This document shows positions 9,838 to 19,246 of a stretch of 58,780 nt of DNA, one piece after another. This stretch comes from an uncultured Gammaproteobacteria bacterium (lineage in GTDB: Bacteria; Pseudomonadota; Gammaproteobacteria; JAGOUU01): the NCBI GenBank assembly GCA_964353115.1, contig CAYGUI010000003.1, forward strand, positions 1 to 58,780, given 5' to 3'. The first letter of the stretch is position 1. Every line of letters starts with the position of its first letter. The translations under genes were made by a program, and so were the position numbers. The notes beneath the pieces are model-generated. The model had not been told where the DNA came from, ran no database searches, and saw only the letters and a list, made by a program, of their open reading frames with translations.

Positions 9838-10000
9838 AATTGATGTCTCTTTGTCCTATTTTATGTTTTTTATTCTAACAGTTATAGCTAAGAAAGAAAA
9901 TATCTAAAATATTCACCATAAGTGGTGATAATGTTTTTGCTTTATGGTAAATTGTATCAACTTGTTAATACATGAAGTTTAAAAAACAAATGGAGTTTAT

Positions 10001-10282
10001 ATGAGCGCATTAGCACTAAAAATTGAAGATAATAAAATTTTTGCTAAAAGCCTAAAGGCTTATCAGATTAATCATTCACAAAATTTTGATGATTTTAAAG
10101 TTAAAAAAAATGAAATTATAATTGTTGAATGTTGTGACCAATTTTTTGTTGATGGTTATTATTTAGTTAATTCTCGGGAAACAGGAAATTTTGTTGTTTT
10201 TGTAAACAATAAAGAAGTTGTTTTTAATTCTGGCGTAGGGGAATTTAAAGTTCTAGGTTTTTTAGCTGCACGTAATTTATAA
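10001..10282 (+). CDS. Hypothetical protein
   Basis: GGAG RBS; divergent from the XRE regulator. Confidence 0.55.
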   Translation: MSALALKIEDNKIFAKSLKAYQINHSQNFDDFKVKKNEIIIVECCDQFFVDGYYLVNSRETGNFVVFVNNKEVVFNSGVGEFKVLGFLAARNL

Positions 10283-10314
10283 TTCGGACTAGGATTTAAT
10301 GCAAAAGGTGTTGT

Positions 10315-11655
10315 ATGAGTATTGCAAAGGAAAAAGTAGAAAATTTTCTAAATGAAGTAGAATTGTTTTTTACTGAAAATAATGTTCGAGATGAGTTTTT
10401 ACTATCTGCCGTTAATCATTCACTAAATTTACTAGAGCAACAGCTCAAAAAAGGATTTTTTAGTGGGAGTTATGAGTTATTAGGAAAAATTCGAAGTTTA
10501 CGCGAAAAAATTAATTCAGATATCCTACCACAACCATTACCATTTCTAGCCAAAGGATCACAAAAAGAAAAAGAACTATTAATTAGCGAAGCTATTGCAT
10601 TTAATGCCGCAATGGAAGATCTTAGTACGCAATATAATTTCCAAAACAAAGTTTCTGGAGCTGGCTTTTTAAGTGATAAAAAGCGGTTTGGCAGAAAAAG
10701 ATCGCAGTCATGGCATTTAATGACTCGTGGTTTAGGTCTTTTCCAATGTTTCGGTGGTGCAACTCAAGCTGTAGTAGGTGTTGCAGGAGGAATTGCTTCT
10801 TTTGAGACAGGGGTAGGGCCGGTGTTGGCGGCTGCTTTTTCAACTATGGGAGTTGATAATGCTGTAGCTGGTTGTTCTGCTGCTTGGACTGGTGAATATC
10901 AAAAAACTAAAGTTAATAGAGGTTTTCATGGTTTAGGTCTTAGTGATACTCAATCTGATGTTGCGGAGTTAATTGCTAATTTAGGATTTTTCTGGGGACC
11001 AACATTATTTGAGAGGGGACTGCAATCTTCTAAAAACCTTTATTTAGGAAGAAAGGTTGTCGTTGGTATTGATTATAGTAATAAGCCGGCTTTAAGCTTT
11101 GTAAAACAGCATAAAAACGAGGTGCTTAGGAGAACTTCTCACATTAGAGAAAAGAAAATAATTAGTCTTAAAAAATTCGGCGCAGATGATAGTAAGAGAA
11201 TTCGTAGTATTGCTGCAAAAAATATACGAGAAGCGAGAAAAATATTAATAAGCGCTAAAGTTCCTAGAAAGAGTAGAAATGAGATTATTCGCTCTTTTGA
11301 TTTAGAAACTTTTCGTGTTGTTAGGACTCCAATTTCAGAAATTATGTTTAGAACTTTTGGTGATAAAGGGTCTTACTTAGAGGGTCGCTATGCTACTAGA
11401 TCTATATTGCCAAATCAGACTGACAGAATTATAAAATTAGCATTGCCTGAAAATTCTGCAACAAGATTAGGAGAGGTAGGTGTTCCAAAGTTTAGTGTGG
11501 TATTTGAAGGTAAAATAGCTCCACAAACAAATTTGACCTCTGGTCTAAGAGGCGGTGAAAATCAAGTATTTTTGACTGGCCCATTGGAAAAATATTCTTT
11601 TAAAGAAGTTTTAATGCCTAGAGCTGTCGAAAGTGTTAAATTAAAAATGAGGTAA
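10315..11655 (+). CDS. Candidate polymorphic toxin (DUF4225-like hydrophobic region + TNT/ART-like C-terminus)
   Basis: Gly/Ala-rich GATQAVVGVAGG segment; C-terminal R..G...G.Y.T, LALP.N.A, G.IAPQ, GG..Q. Confidence 0.6.
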   Translation: MSIAKEKVENFLNEVELFFTENNVRDEFLLSAVNHSLNLLEQQLKKGFFSGSYELLGKIRSLREKINSDILPQPLPFLAKGSQKEKELLISEAIAFNAAMEDLSTQYNFQNKVSGAGFLSDKKRFGRKRSQSWHLMTRGLGLFQCFGGATQAVVGVAGGIASFETGVGPVLAAAFSTMGVDNAVAGCSAAWTGEYQKTKVNRGFHGLGLSDTQSDVAELIANLGFFWGPTLFERGLQSSKNLYLGRKVVVGIDYSNKPALSFVKQHKNEVLRRTSHIREKKIISLKKFGADDSKRIRSIAAKNIREARKILISAKVPRKSRNEIIRSFDLETFRVVRTPISEIMFRTFGDKGSYLEGRYATRSILPNQTDRIIKLALPENSATRLGEVGVPKFSVVFEGKIAPQTNLTSGLRGGENQVFLTGPLEKYSFKEVLMPRAVESVKLKMR

Positions 11656-11656
11656 A

Positions 11657-11941
11657 ATGAATAGCAGAGATAGTTTAAAGAAAATTCTGGATGAAAATAT
11701 AGAGGCACTTCGTTTTGGCTTAACTAAGGATACCCTTAACTGGTATATTTATCATCATCTTTTAGAGTATAGAAAAACTTTAATTTCAAGTAATGATCAT
11801 ATTGATTTAGATAGAGCTGCAAGTAAGTTCGGAATGTTTTGCACAGAAAGTATGGATTGGGATACTCCAGAATACAGAAAGTGGATAGAAATATCTGAAA
11901 TTGGCGATAAAATTAGCAGGAGAGAAAGAAGTAAAGAGTAG
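11657..11941 (+). CDS. Candidate immunity protein
   Basis: 94-aa helical ORF starting 1 bp after the toxin stop; GAGG RBS. Confidence 0.55.
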   Translation: MNSRDSLKKILDENIEALRFGLTKDTLNWYIYHHLLEYRKTLISSNDHIDLDRAASKFGMFCTESMDWDTPEYRKWIEISEIGDKISRRERSKE

Positions 11942-12072
11942 CCGCTTTGATTTTTTTCATTTTTCGAATCCGCAAAGCGGAAGAGAAGAATCATCGCGCA
12001 CATGATGATCTGATAGAAACTACAATAGTTTTTAGAGGATTATATGATACACTATCAAATCAAGTTATTTAA

Positions 12073-12849
12073 GTGATTTTAATTATGCGCATTTTTATGG
12101 TTTCTAGAGATATGTTAGCTCGAAGGAGCCTTTTTTCAAGAACATGGATTGATAGTATTGGTATGAGAAGTAATATATTAGAAGAATGGAATCCTGATAC
12201 TTGCACAGCTAGATATAAAGAATCTTATGCAGCTATCTTTGATAATATTAACGATGCAAGATTAGCAGCTGGATCTTGGTCAGAGAATTATGCTACCTTG
12301 AATTTTTCTGCTTCAGCAATTATTTTTGAGCTTGAAGTGGAGGATTCCGTATGGCAAGAATTTAAGGATGCTGCTGCTGATAAATTTAGTCTTGAGCGTG
12401 ATTGCCTGTGGATGCAATTGTCGGCTTTATGGACAAAACCTCCTTCCGTTATTGAGCATAGAAAAGGTCTGACTGGAAAAGATATATCTAAAAAATTTCT
12501 AGATAGATCGGAGTTGATTCAAGCAGAAATAGTTAATAGAGGGGAAAGTATAAATCATCGAACAAGCAGTTTTTATGCTGTTGGATGTATAGGGCTTCCA
12601 GGTAAAACTTATGATCTACGTCCTAGATGGTATGAAAGATTTTTAGCTTATATAATTAAATTATGTAAGGGAAAATCTGCTCCTTGCACTCAAAGTGACC
12701 CACTTGACACTGTGGAGGATGGGTGTGGTAATGTTAATGGCGTCGGCACCGCCGCGCCGCCACATAGTTTTTGCGGCGCAAGCTCTAGAGAAAGTCGTGC
12801 TATAGCTGTTGGTCTAGCATCCACTAGTCCTAGTAAATTAGAGACATAA
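12073..12849 (+). CDS. Hypothetical protein
   Basis: 258-aa ORF (start may be ATG 12085); low-complexity C-terminal tail. Confidence 0.6.
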   Translation: MILIMRIFMVSRDMLARRSLFSRTWIDSIGMRSNILEEWNPDTCTARYKESYAAIFDNINDARLAAGSWSENYATLNFSASAIIFELEVEDSVWQEFKDAAADKFSLERDCLWMQLSALWTKPPSVIEHRKGLTGKDISKKFLDRSELIQAEIVNRGESINHRTSSFYAVGCIGLPGKTYDLRPRWYERFLAYIIKLCKGKSAPCTQSDPLDTVEDGCGNVNGVGTAAPPHSFCGASSRESRAIAVGLASTSPSKLET

Positions 12850-14259
12850 TGCTGATATTTTCTGAAAATAATTACTAGATTTTTTAGCTAAAAAAGCTTC
12901 GCCTAATTTTAGACTTTTAATTTCATCAGGATGAACCGCAAACTCCCTAACACTCTTCACCGACCCAACATTCTCCATTTTATTATTCAGTTGCGCCGTA
13001 ACTTCTAAATTTTCGCGAGTTCCAATAACATTAGCCAAAGTCTCTGCATCATTAGGATTATTTTGGCGTTGGATAATATAATTATTACAGTTATTTAAAA
13101 TTTGACCTAATAAGTCTTCACCGCCTTTTTTACTAATATCAGAGAGAGACTGCGTGGCTAAAACAGCATGCACACCAGCACCACGGCCTTGATTAATTAG
13201 ATTTACAATTTGGTCGCCTGCAAAGACTGAGAATTCATCAAAGATGGTATAGATTTTTTTCTTATTTTTATTAGCTATAGATAACTGCTGTGAGATTAAA
13301 GATTTCAGATCATTAATAACTAATTTACCAAGTAATTCAGCATAAGCAGGGAACTGCAGTGGCTGCAGACAAAAATAAACTACAGCATTCTCATCAAAAG
13401 CCTGGTTTAAATTTAAAACTTCACCACTTTTGCAATCAAACAAATGCCCAATCTCGCTATTCGCTAAATTTTCTATCTCAAAAATTAAACTTTGAATGTT
13501 TTTTTCTTGTTCACTAAGCTTCGCTGTTGTTTTTATAAGTTCATCATTATTGGAATTACGAGCTAAGAGAGATAAATTTGGTCCAGATATATATTGAGCT
13601 AATGTTTTTATATCAACATTAATATTACATTGCTCCAAGACTTTAAATACAGTCTGTAAATATCCTTCAGAAATTTTACGATAATGATCTTCTGACCATT
13701 CTCGTAGCTCAATAATTCGATCTTTCTTGGCGGTATAGCCGCCAGTGGCTAGTGGGTTGTATTTACAGCTGTCACCAACCATAGAAAATAAATAAAATTT
13801 ACGATTATGTTTTGCACAAATAACTCTTACTTTATTTGCTAATTCTAAATCACCTTTGCCATCAACATAAAATAGTGGCAAATCTCGTGCTACAGCGCTA
13901 TGAACTATATTAAAAATAGTTGTGGTCTTGCCAGAGCCTGTGGTGCCTACGGCTAACGTATGCAAATTTGCATCTTTATCATATAAAACAGCTTGTTCAC
14001 CGGTGTTCTTGTCGACTCCTAAAATACTACCGTTGTTTATTACAGATGATTTTATTTTATTTAATTTTTTATATATTTTTTTAGCTGATAATTCTCGGGT
14101 TTTATTTTCTAGATTTCCATGCTTTAATTTTCTAAGTCTCTTCTTTAATTTATTTTTATTTAAAATAGCAATGCTGGTATAAACTGTAAAAAGACTAATG
14201 CTTGCCGCAAATAATTTTTCAGGATTAGCCAATATTTGTTTTAGCATGTGTATCCTCAA
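12838..14259 (-). CDS. Type IV coupling protein (TraD/VirD4/MobB-like)
   Basis: Walker A GTTGSGKT, VDGKGD, Walker B IFDEF, QGRGAG, ATQSLSD. Confidence 0.9.
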   Translation of the reverse strand: MRIHMLKQILANPEKLFAASISLFTVYTSIAILNKNKLKKRLRKLKHGNLENKTRELSAKKIYKKLNKIKSSVINNGSILGVDKNTGEQAVLYDKDANLHTLAVGTTGSGKTTTIFNIVHSAVARDLPLFYVDGKGDLELANKVRVICAKHNRKFYLFSMVGDSCKYNPLATGGYTAKKDRIIELREWSEDHYRKISEGYLQTVFKVLEQCNINVDIKTLAQYISGPNLSLLARNSNNDELIKTTAKLSEQEKNIQSLIFEIENLANSEIGHLFDCKSGEVLNLNQAFDENAVVYFCLQPLQFPAYAELLGKLVINDLKSLISQQLSIANKNKKKIYTIFDEFSVFAGDQIVNLINQGRGAGVHAVLATQSLSDISKKGGEDLLGQILNNCNNYIIQRQNNPNDAETLANVIGTRENLEVTAQLNNKMENVGSVKSVREFAVHPDEIKSLKLGEAFLAKKSSNYFQKISALCL

Positions 14260-14866
14260 AAAAAGTATCTAAATTGAAAACTTTAAAAAAATTAGCTTTT
14301 TCAGAGTAGGGCGCTAAAAACTTTAGGACTTCTTTGCTATCACTAAAATACCAAACTTCTTTGTATTTAGGAGTCTGCAAATAGTGCTGAAAGATTTTAT
14401 CAAAACGCGCCTTACTCTTACGAGTTAACTCTAGCTCTAAGGCGATATTTTGACTGTTTAGATCTAATATGGCATCTGGGGTATGGTTTTGTGTACCCCA
14501 TGAATTACGAGCAAAATTATGGCGAATTTCGCGCTCTGTTGTAACTTTATAATTTAAATTATGTTGTAGATCTAAAATTAGATCAGTTAATTTTATATCA
14601 TGATTATAATTCATGATATTTATCCGTCGTAGAGCTGGTAAATTTTCGTCTGCTAGAGCTGCTCCTCGGGGCGTTAATTTGTATGCACCTTTTTGTCGGT
14701 GGAAAATCATTTCATGTAAAAGATATTTATTAACTACCAATCGATTAATCATTTCATAGCCTGCTGATTTCTTAATTCCTAAAAATTTAGTAACTTGATT
14801 GATCGTTACAAACCCAAATTTATTAATCCATTTTAATAATTTTATATCCCTTTCCGTTACTCTCAT
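14225..14866 (-). CDS. Replication-relaxation family / MOBC-like relaxase
   Basis: MRVTERD winged-helix start, HD motif, PD...ALELELTRKSKARF PD-(D/E)xK motif; start moved to ATG 14866 (AGGGG RBS). Confidence 0.8.
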   Translation of the reverse strand: MRVTERDIKLLKWINKFGFVTINQVTKFLGIKKSAGYEMINRLVVNKYLLHEMIFHRQKGAYKLTPRGAALADENLPALRRINIMNYNHDIKLTDLILDLQHNLNYKVTTEREIRHNFARNSWGTQNHTPDAILDLNSQNIALELELTRKSKARFDKIFQHYLQTPKYKEVWYFSDSKEVLKFLAPYSEKANFFKVFNLDTFFEDTHAKTNIG

Positions 14867-14927
14867 TTTCTTCTTCCCCTTCTTTTTTCTTTTCTTATTT
14901 ATATCTCCACACTCCACACTCGCCCGA

Positions 14928-14974
14928 TACCTGACCACATTCTCGAAACCATGTTGAGAGGGTGTGGTCAGGTA
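14928..14974. other. Candidate oriT inverted repeat
   Basis: TACCTGACCACA (14928-14939) / TGTGGTCAGGTA (14963-14974), perfect 12-bp IR upstream of the relaxase. Confidence 0.55.
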
Positions 14975-15078
14975 ATTTTAAGCGCTAGCGCAAAATAGGG
15001 CGAGCATGTATGTGTGTATTTAATATATTGATTTTTCTTAAAAAATAGCGCTATTAAATTCCACAATTGCTGAATATA

Positions 15079-15624
15079 TTACCGGACACTATTTCCGGTA
15101 ACCAATACGGGTCTATACACGCCTTTAATTTGGCTTTTCCACACCCCTCCAAAGTATCTTGAATCCCAAGAACCACGTGGATTGTTGTTACCATATAACC
15201 AATATCCTAAGCTCAAATGATTTTTATTTTGATGAACCCAGGTTTTTATTTTGGGGGATTGAGGTGCAAAATATTCTTTATTACCGACTCTAATGTAATC
15301 ATCTTTGTAATGAACTATATTGCCTGGTAAGGCAATTACTTCTTTAAATATGGGCATGGAGCCATTGCTACAAATTCCATGTTTAATAAAATCATGCTCA
15401 ATTCCATAATCAGCAATTTCATCACTCAGGCAAACTTCAACCCACGAACCACGATCAAGCATGCCGCCAGTGCGATAATAAATTCCAATGGGCATTGATG
15501 AACTAAGATTAATTCGAAAGCCAAATAGGTATAAAAAAATAGCCAAGATAATGAATAATCTAAATAAAAGATTAAAGCTAAAATTTAAAATAAATTCCAT
15601 AAGAAAAATAAATGCAGTAACCAT
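15079..15624 (-). CDS. traF: Conjugative pilin-processing S26 peptidase
   Basis: INLSSSMPIGIY, K.V.ALPG, SWDSRYFG. Confidence 0.88.
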   Translation of the reverse strand: MVTAFIFLMEFILNFSFNLLFRLFIILAIFLYLFGFRINLSSSMPIGIYYRTGGMLDRGSWVEVCLSDEIADYGIEHDFIKHGICSNGSMPIFKEVIALPGNIVHYKDDYIRVGNKEYFAPQSPKIKTWVHQNKNHLSLGYWLYGNNNPRGSWDSRYFGGVWKSQIKGVYRPVLVTGNSVR

Positions 15625-16748
15625 TACGCTCCCTTAATATATTTTTTTGGTAAAATTAAATCTTTAGATAGTAGAACATTAAACGAACTTCCAGCTCTAA
15701 TTGTTAAGGTTGGCTGTACATTCATTTCTTTAGCTAATAGTTGAGCTCCAGTTTGCGATAGTTGTTGGCCCACAGCTCCAAAAGCAGTTTGCTGCGGGGA
15801 AGGTCCTTTGTCACCATTATTTTGTGGCTGGCTTAATTGTCCTGCAGCTCCAACCACACTGTAGAGTAGGGCGCTGCCAAAGATTTTAAGGTAATGAGAA
15901 TTCACTTTGTCATGCAAACCAGCGGCTCCCAAATTATCAACGCCCGGCATATTTTCTAAATTAATGCTACTACCATTAGGAAAAATTAAGCGCTGCCAGC
16001 CAATTAAAACACGGGACTGACCATACGATATTTGCGAATCAAATCTTCCTAATAATTTTGCTCCTTGCGGAATTAACAAATAATTTCCTGATGGTGAATC
16101 ATAAACATCACGAGAAACTTGTGCGCTAATAAAGCCTGGTAAATCAGAATTAATAGCTGTATTTAATACAGCAGGAATAATACTGCCAGCTGAAACGGTG
16201 TATGGTGAAACCTTAGGCTCAAAACTCAGTAATTTATCTTTTTGATGATATTTATCCAAGCTTAAAAACTTAGCTTTTTGGCCCTGCATATTTTGTTCTT
16301 TATAATTATTAGCGTCTGACGGCATAGTTATATTTGGATTTGACAGTTGATTATCTGCGGCATAATTTTTCTCATGAGAGATCAAGTCTTGCTCGTGATG
16401 AGCATTGTTATAAATTGAAATGTTTGACGCATAAGATTTATCTGGTTCACCGTCAGCATCTTTTTTTATATTCTCAATAAACTTTATTTCAGTCTTCGGT
16501 GTAACAGCTACAGGGCGCACAACCTCTTTTCTTGCTGCCTCGTGAACTATTGAATTATCATTTTCGTTTATATTTTTTGCGATATTTAATGGCTCATCAG
16601 GATTAATGTTTTTACTATTTGAGCTGTATTTATTCATCATTAGAAGAAATGAAATAACTACAAATACCAATAATCCCGCACCAATCATAATCACTCTTTT
16701 GCTGATCCCAGTTATTTCTGGGATTTGATATAAGTTTATTTTTTTCAT
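15624..16748 (-). CDS. trbI: TrbI/VirB10
   Basis: AGSIIPAVL.TAINSDLPG, LLIPQG, W.RLIFPNG, PTLTIRAG. Confidence 0.92.
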   Translation of the reverse strand: MKKINLYQIPEITGISKRVIMIGAGLLVFVVISFLLMMNKYSSNSKNINPDEPLNIAKNINENDNSIVHEAARKEVVRPVAVTPKTEIKFIENIKKDADGEPDKSYASNISIYNNAHHEQDLISHEKNYAADNQLSNPNITMPSDANNYKEQNMQGQKAKFLSLDKYHQKDKLLSFEPKVSPYTVSAGSIIPAVLNTAINSDLPGFISAQVSRDVYDSPSGNYLLIPQGAKLLGRFDSQISYGQSRVLIGWQRLIFPNGSSINLENMPGVDNLGAAGLHDKVNSHYLKIFGSALLYSVVGAAGQLSQPQNNGDKGPSPQQTAFGAVGQQLSQTGAQLLAKEMNVQPTLTIRAGSSFNVLLSKDLILPKKYIKGA

Positions 16749-17656
16749 TATGACATCCGAGTTATAATTACCTTTTTATTGTTTGAGCTAATCAGCGCAG
16801 CTCTTTGAATAACGCTATCAATAACGTAGTAAGGATGTTTGTATCGATAATTAACCAATTCGGTTTTGCCATTATTTTCTAAATACAAAACTGGTAAATT
16901 ATTTTGCTCAATATCTTGCGGCATTTCTATTAATGTATGAACGCCGTCATCGAATATCCTATCAGGACAGATTGCATATCTTTCAGCGGCAATATCATAA
17001 TGAAAATTAACTTTATCTAAATTAATATTAGGACTTGCCGTTATAACTTCATTGCTATGATTATTATTTTCTAGATTTTGTAAGGATTTTTTAAGTGTAT
17101 CTTCAGGGTAATAGAAGCTCATAATTCGTGTAGTAGCTCCTTCACGACTAATTAAACCAACGTTATAAGTTCTTTTTGTCGTAGTTATGACCATATCTGT
17201 TGCCAGCTCAATTGACTTTGGCTTGATAGTTATTTGATATGAGCCAGTTTCAGCAGTTCCAACGCTAGATGTACTAACCAGCCAATTTATCGAATCTCCC
17301 ACATCAATATTATTTATTTTTTCACCTTGTTCGAGTTGCAGCACACATAAATGAAGGGGAGAGCATTGCACCATAAATTGTTCGTAAGGGTTGTAAGCCA
17401 TTATGTTTATTCCTTTGCCTGCAATATTTTTAGCAATGCCGTTTTTCGAATATTCTTTATAAGCCTTTACAACTTTAGGGTCTTCTCCTAAATTAAAAGT
17501 CGCATTAACTTTTGGTTCTGGCAAATGCACAGCTATTTTTTCTGTGACTATTCTCTTAGGAGCGATAAAGTTTTGATAGTTTATTTGTTGCGGTGGTCGT
17601 GTTGCTTGGCATGATGCTAAAGTAGCTATCATTGGTATCAGTAATAATTTTTTCAT
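16748..17656 (-). CDS. trbG: TrbG/VirB9 lipoprotein
   Basis: LASC lipobox, L..GE, GDS..W, TTKRTY, FDDG..T.I, VNYR. Confidence 0.9.
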   Translation of the reverse strand: MKKLLLIPMIATLASCQATRPPQQINYQNFIAPKRIVTEKIAVHLPEPKVNATFNLGEDPKVVKAYKEYSKNGIAKNIAGKGINIMAYNPYEQFMVQCSPLHLCVLQLEQGEKINNIDVGDSINWLVSTSSVGTAETGSYQITIKPKSIELATDMVITTTKRTYNVGLISREGATTRIMSFYYPEDTLKKSLQNLENNNHSNEVITASPNINLDKVNFHYDIAAERYAICPDRIFDDGVHTLIEMPQDIEQNNLPVLYLENNGKTELVNYRYKHPYYVIDSVIQRAALISSNNKKVIITRMS

Positions 17657-17664
17657 ATTTTCTC

Positions 17665-18300
17665 CTATCCTTCTTTAGTTAATACAAATTGCGTCACATA
17701 AAATCCTAACGGATTATTCTTCAAAATTAATTCATCCTTAGATGGTGTGCCATATTGATAAGTAATGGTCGCTAAATAGTTTTCTCCTCCTGTTTTTTCT
17801 CCAGTATTTTTACGTATTGTTTCTTGCCAACGAATATCAAAAGTATTGTCAGAGCGTTTCAAAATACTGCTGATATTTATTTCAGTAATGTTTTCCGTTG
17901 ATTTTTGTCGTTCATAAAAGCTATTTTCAGTACGCTTACGAGCAGCACCAGTGCTTAATGACATGGCGCGAATAATATTATCTTTATTAGCAAAGTTATC
18001 TAGCGTTTGATTGCGCGAATAAATTAAAAACTGTTTTACAAAATAGGGCGCAAGATTATCTTTAATATTTTTATCCTGAAATTCTTTGGGTGAAGTTATG
18101 ATGGCATCACCATGAATAATGAAAGGGTAGGGCTTAATAAAAGATTTTTGCGCAGTAATTATCAGTCCAACAATGGTTAAAGCTAATAATCCCGCTAGAA
18201 TAAAGTTAATCTTTACACTGGTTTTCAACTTATTCTCAACCGAGCCGTATAAATCATTCCACAATAATTTTGACTGCAAATATGGATTGTTATCTTTCAT
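17665..18300 (-). CDS. trbF: TrbF/VirB8
   Basis: NPY...W...YG, TM helix, W.E, NPLGFYV. Confidence 0.88.
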   Translation of the reverse strand: MKDNNPYLQSKLLWNDLYGSVENKLKTSVKINFILAGLLALTIVGLIITAQKSFIKPYPFIIHGDAIITSPKEFQDKNIKDNLAPYFVKQFLIYSRNQTLDNFANKDNIIRAMSLSTGAARKRTENSFYERQKSTENITEINISSILKRSDNTFDIRWQETIRKNTGEKTGGENYLATITYQYGTPSKDELILKNNPLGFYVTQFVLTKEG

Positions 18301-19238
18301 TATTTTCTCCTAAAGTTTGGTGGTGATATTTTTCGTAGTGCTTGAGCCAAGTTTTTAGCGCCTTTTAACGTATTTACAGCTGCTTTCATTGAACCCTTTG
18401 TCATATATTTAGCATTCATTACGGTGCTCATGGCGCCACTAGCGTAATCTCCTGATAACCCCGGAGCTACCAGATTAGACATAAAGCTAGGAATATTTTT
18501 AAAGATAGAAAAATAAACGATGACTGTCGCTAAAATAAGCAGCATGCTCATAGCTTCGCCATTTTCTGCAGCTTTTTTTGTTAAATCTGCCCATTCATAA
18601 CCTAAGTTTTGGCCGACAGATAAAATTAAATAAGTAATCATTAAGCGCACGCCTAGTGCTATTACGGCGCGCATGAAATTAACTGCTAGATCACGAGAGT
18701 GCTGATTAGCCCCGCAGGCAAAAAAGAAACTGCTTGTTGCAACTAAAACATATGATTTCACGATTAGAATCGTAAGCTCTGCTGCGATAAAAGCATAAAT
18801 TATCATTATAATAATGCAGATCATTACTGCTAGAGCTGAAACAAACGGATGCCTTAATAATCCCACGCTAGCTAATGAATAATAAATAGAGCCGACTATT
18901 TGATATCCCTGATCGATTATGCTGCTAGGATTAACGGCAATATTGGTATTAGCTTGATTACCTATTTCCATAAAGCTATTGAAAATGTCTGGCAGCCAGT
19001 TTCCTCCTAAATCTATTAAGGCGTAAAAGACTGCAAAAAAGATGCAAGATTTTATTATTTCTATAGCAGCTTTTTGTGCAGACTCACCAGTTAAGCTTAA
19101 CCATAAAGATGTTGTAGCTAATTGAATAATCGCCAGATATTTAAATATGCTATATGCCGTTTGTTGCAAAAAAAGACTATCTTTTATTAATGCGACTGAA
19201 AATTCATTTGTTACTGAATCTAAAATTCCTGCATCCAT
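18300..19238 (-). CDS. trbL: TrbL/VirB6
   Basis: Polytopic membrane protein, PSSIIDQG, position between trbJ and trbF. Confidence 0.85.
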   Translation of the reverse strand: MDAGILDSVTNEFSVALIKDSLFLQQTAYSIFKYLAIIQLATTSLWLSLTGESAQKAAIEIIKSCIFFAVFYALIDLGGNWLPDIFNSFMEIGNQANTNIAVNPSSIIDQGYQIVGSIYYSLASVGLLRHPFVSALAVMICIIIMIIYAFIAAELTILIVKSYVLVATSSFFFACGANQHSRDLAVNFMRAVIALGVRLMITYLILSVGQNLGYEWADLTKKAAENGEAMSMLLILATVIVYFSIFKNIPSFMSNLVAPGLSGDYASGAMSTVMNAKYMTKGSMKAAVNTLKGAKNLAQALRKISPPNFRRK

Positions 19239-19246
19239 GCTAACTC

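Noticed and set aside
11942-11981. Regulatory RNA after the immunity gene
   Set aside because: Only short stems (CCGCTTTG/CAAAGCGG); at most a terminator-like hairpin
14867-14938. Lys-rich N-terminal extension of the relaxase (NLS-like)
   Set aside because: Comes from a purine-rich leader containing the RBS; family-like sequence starts at MRVTERD
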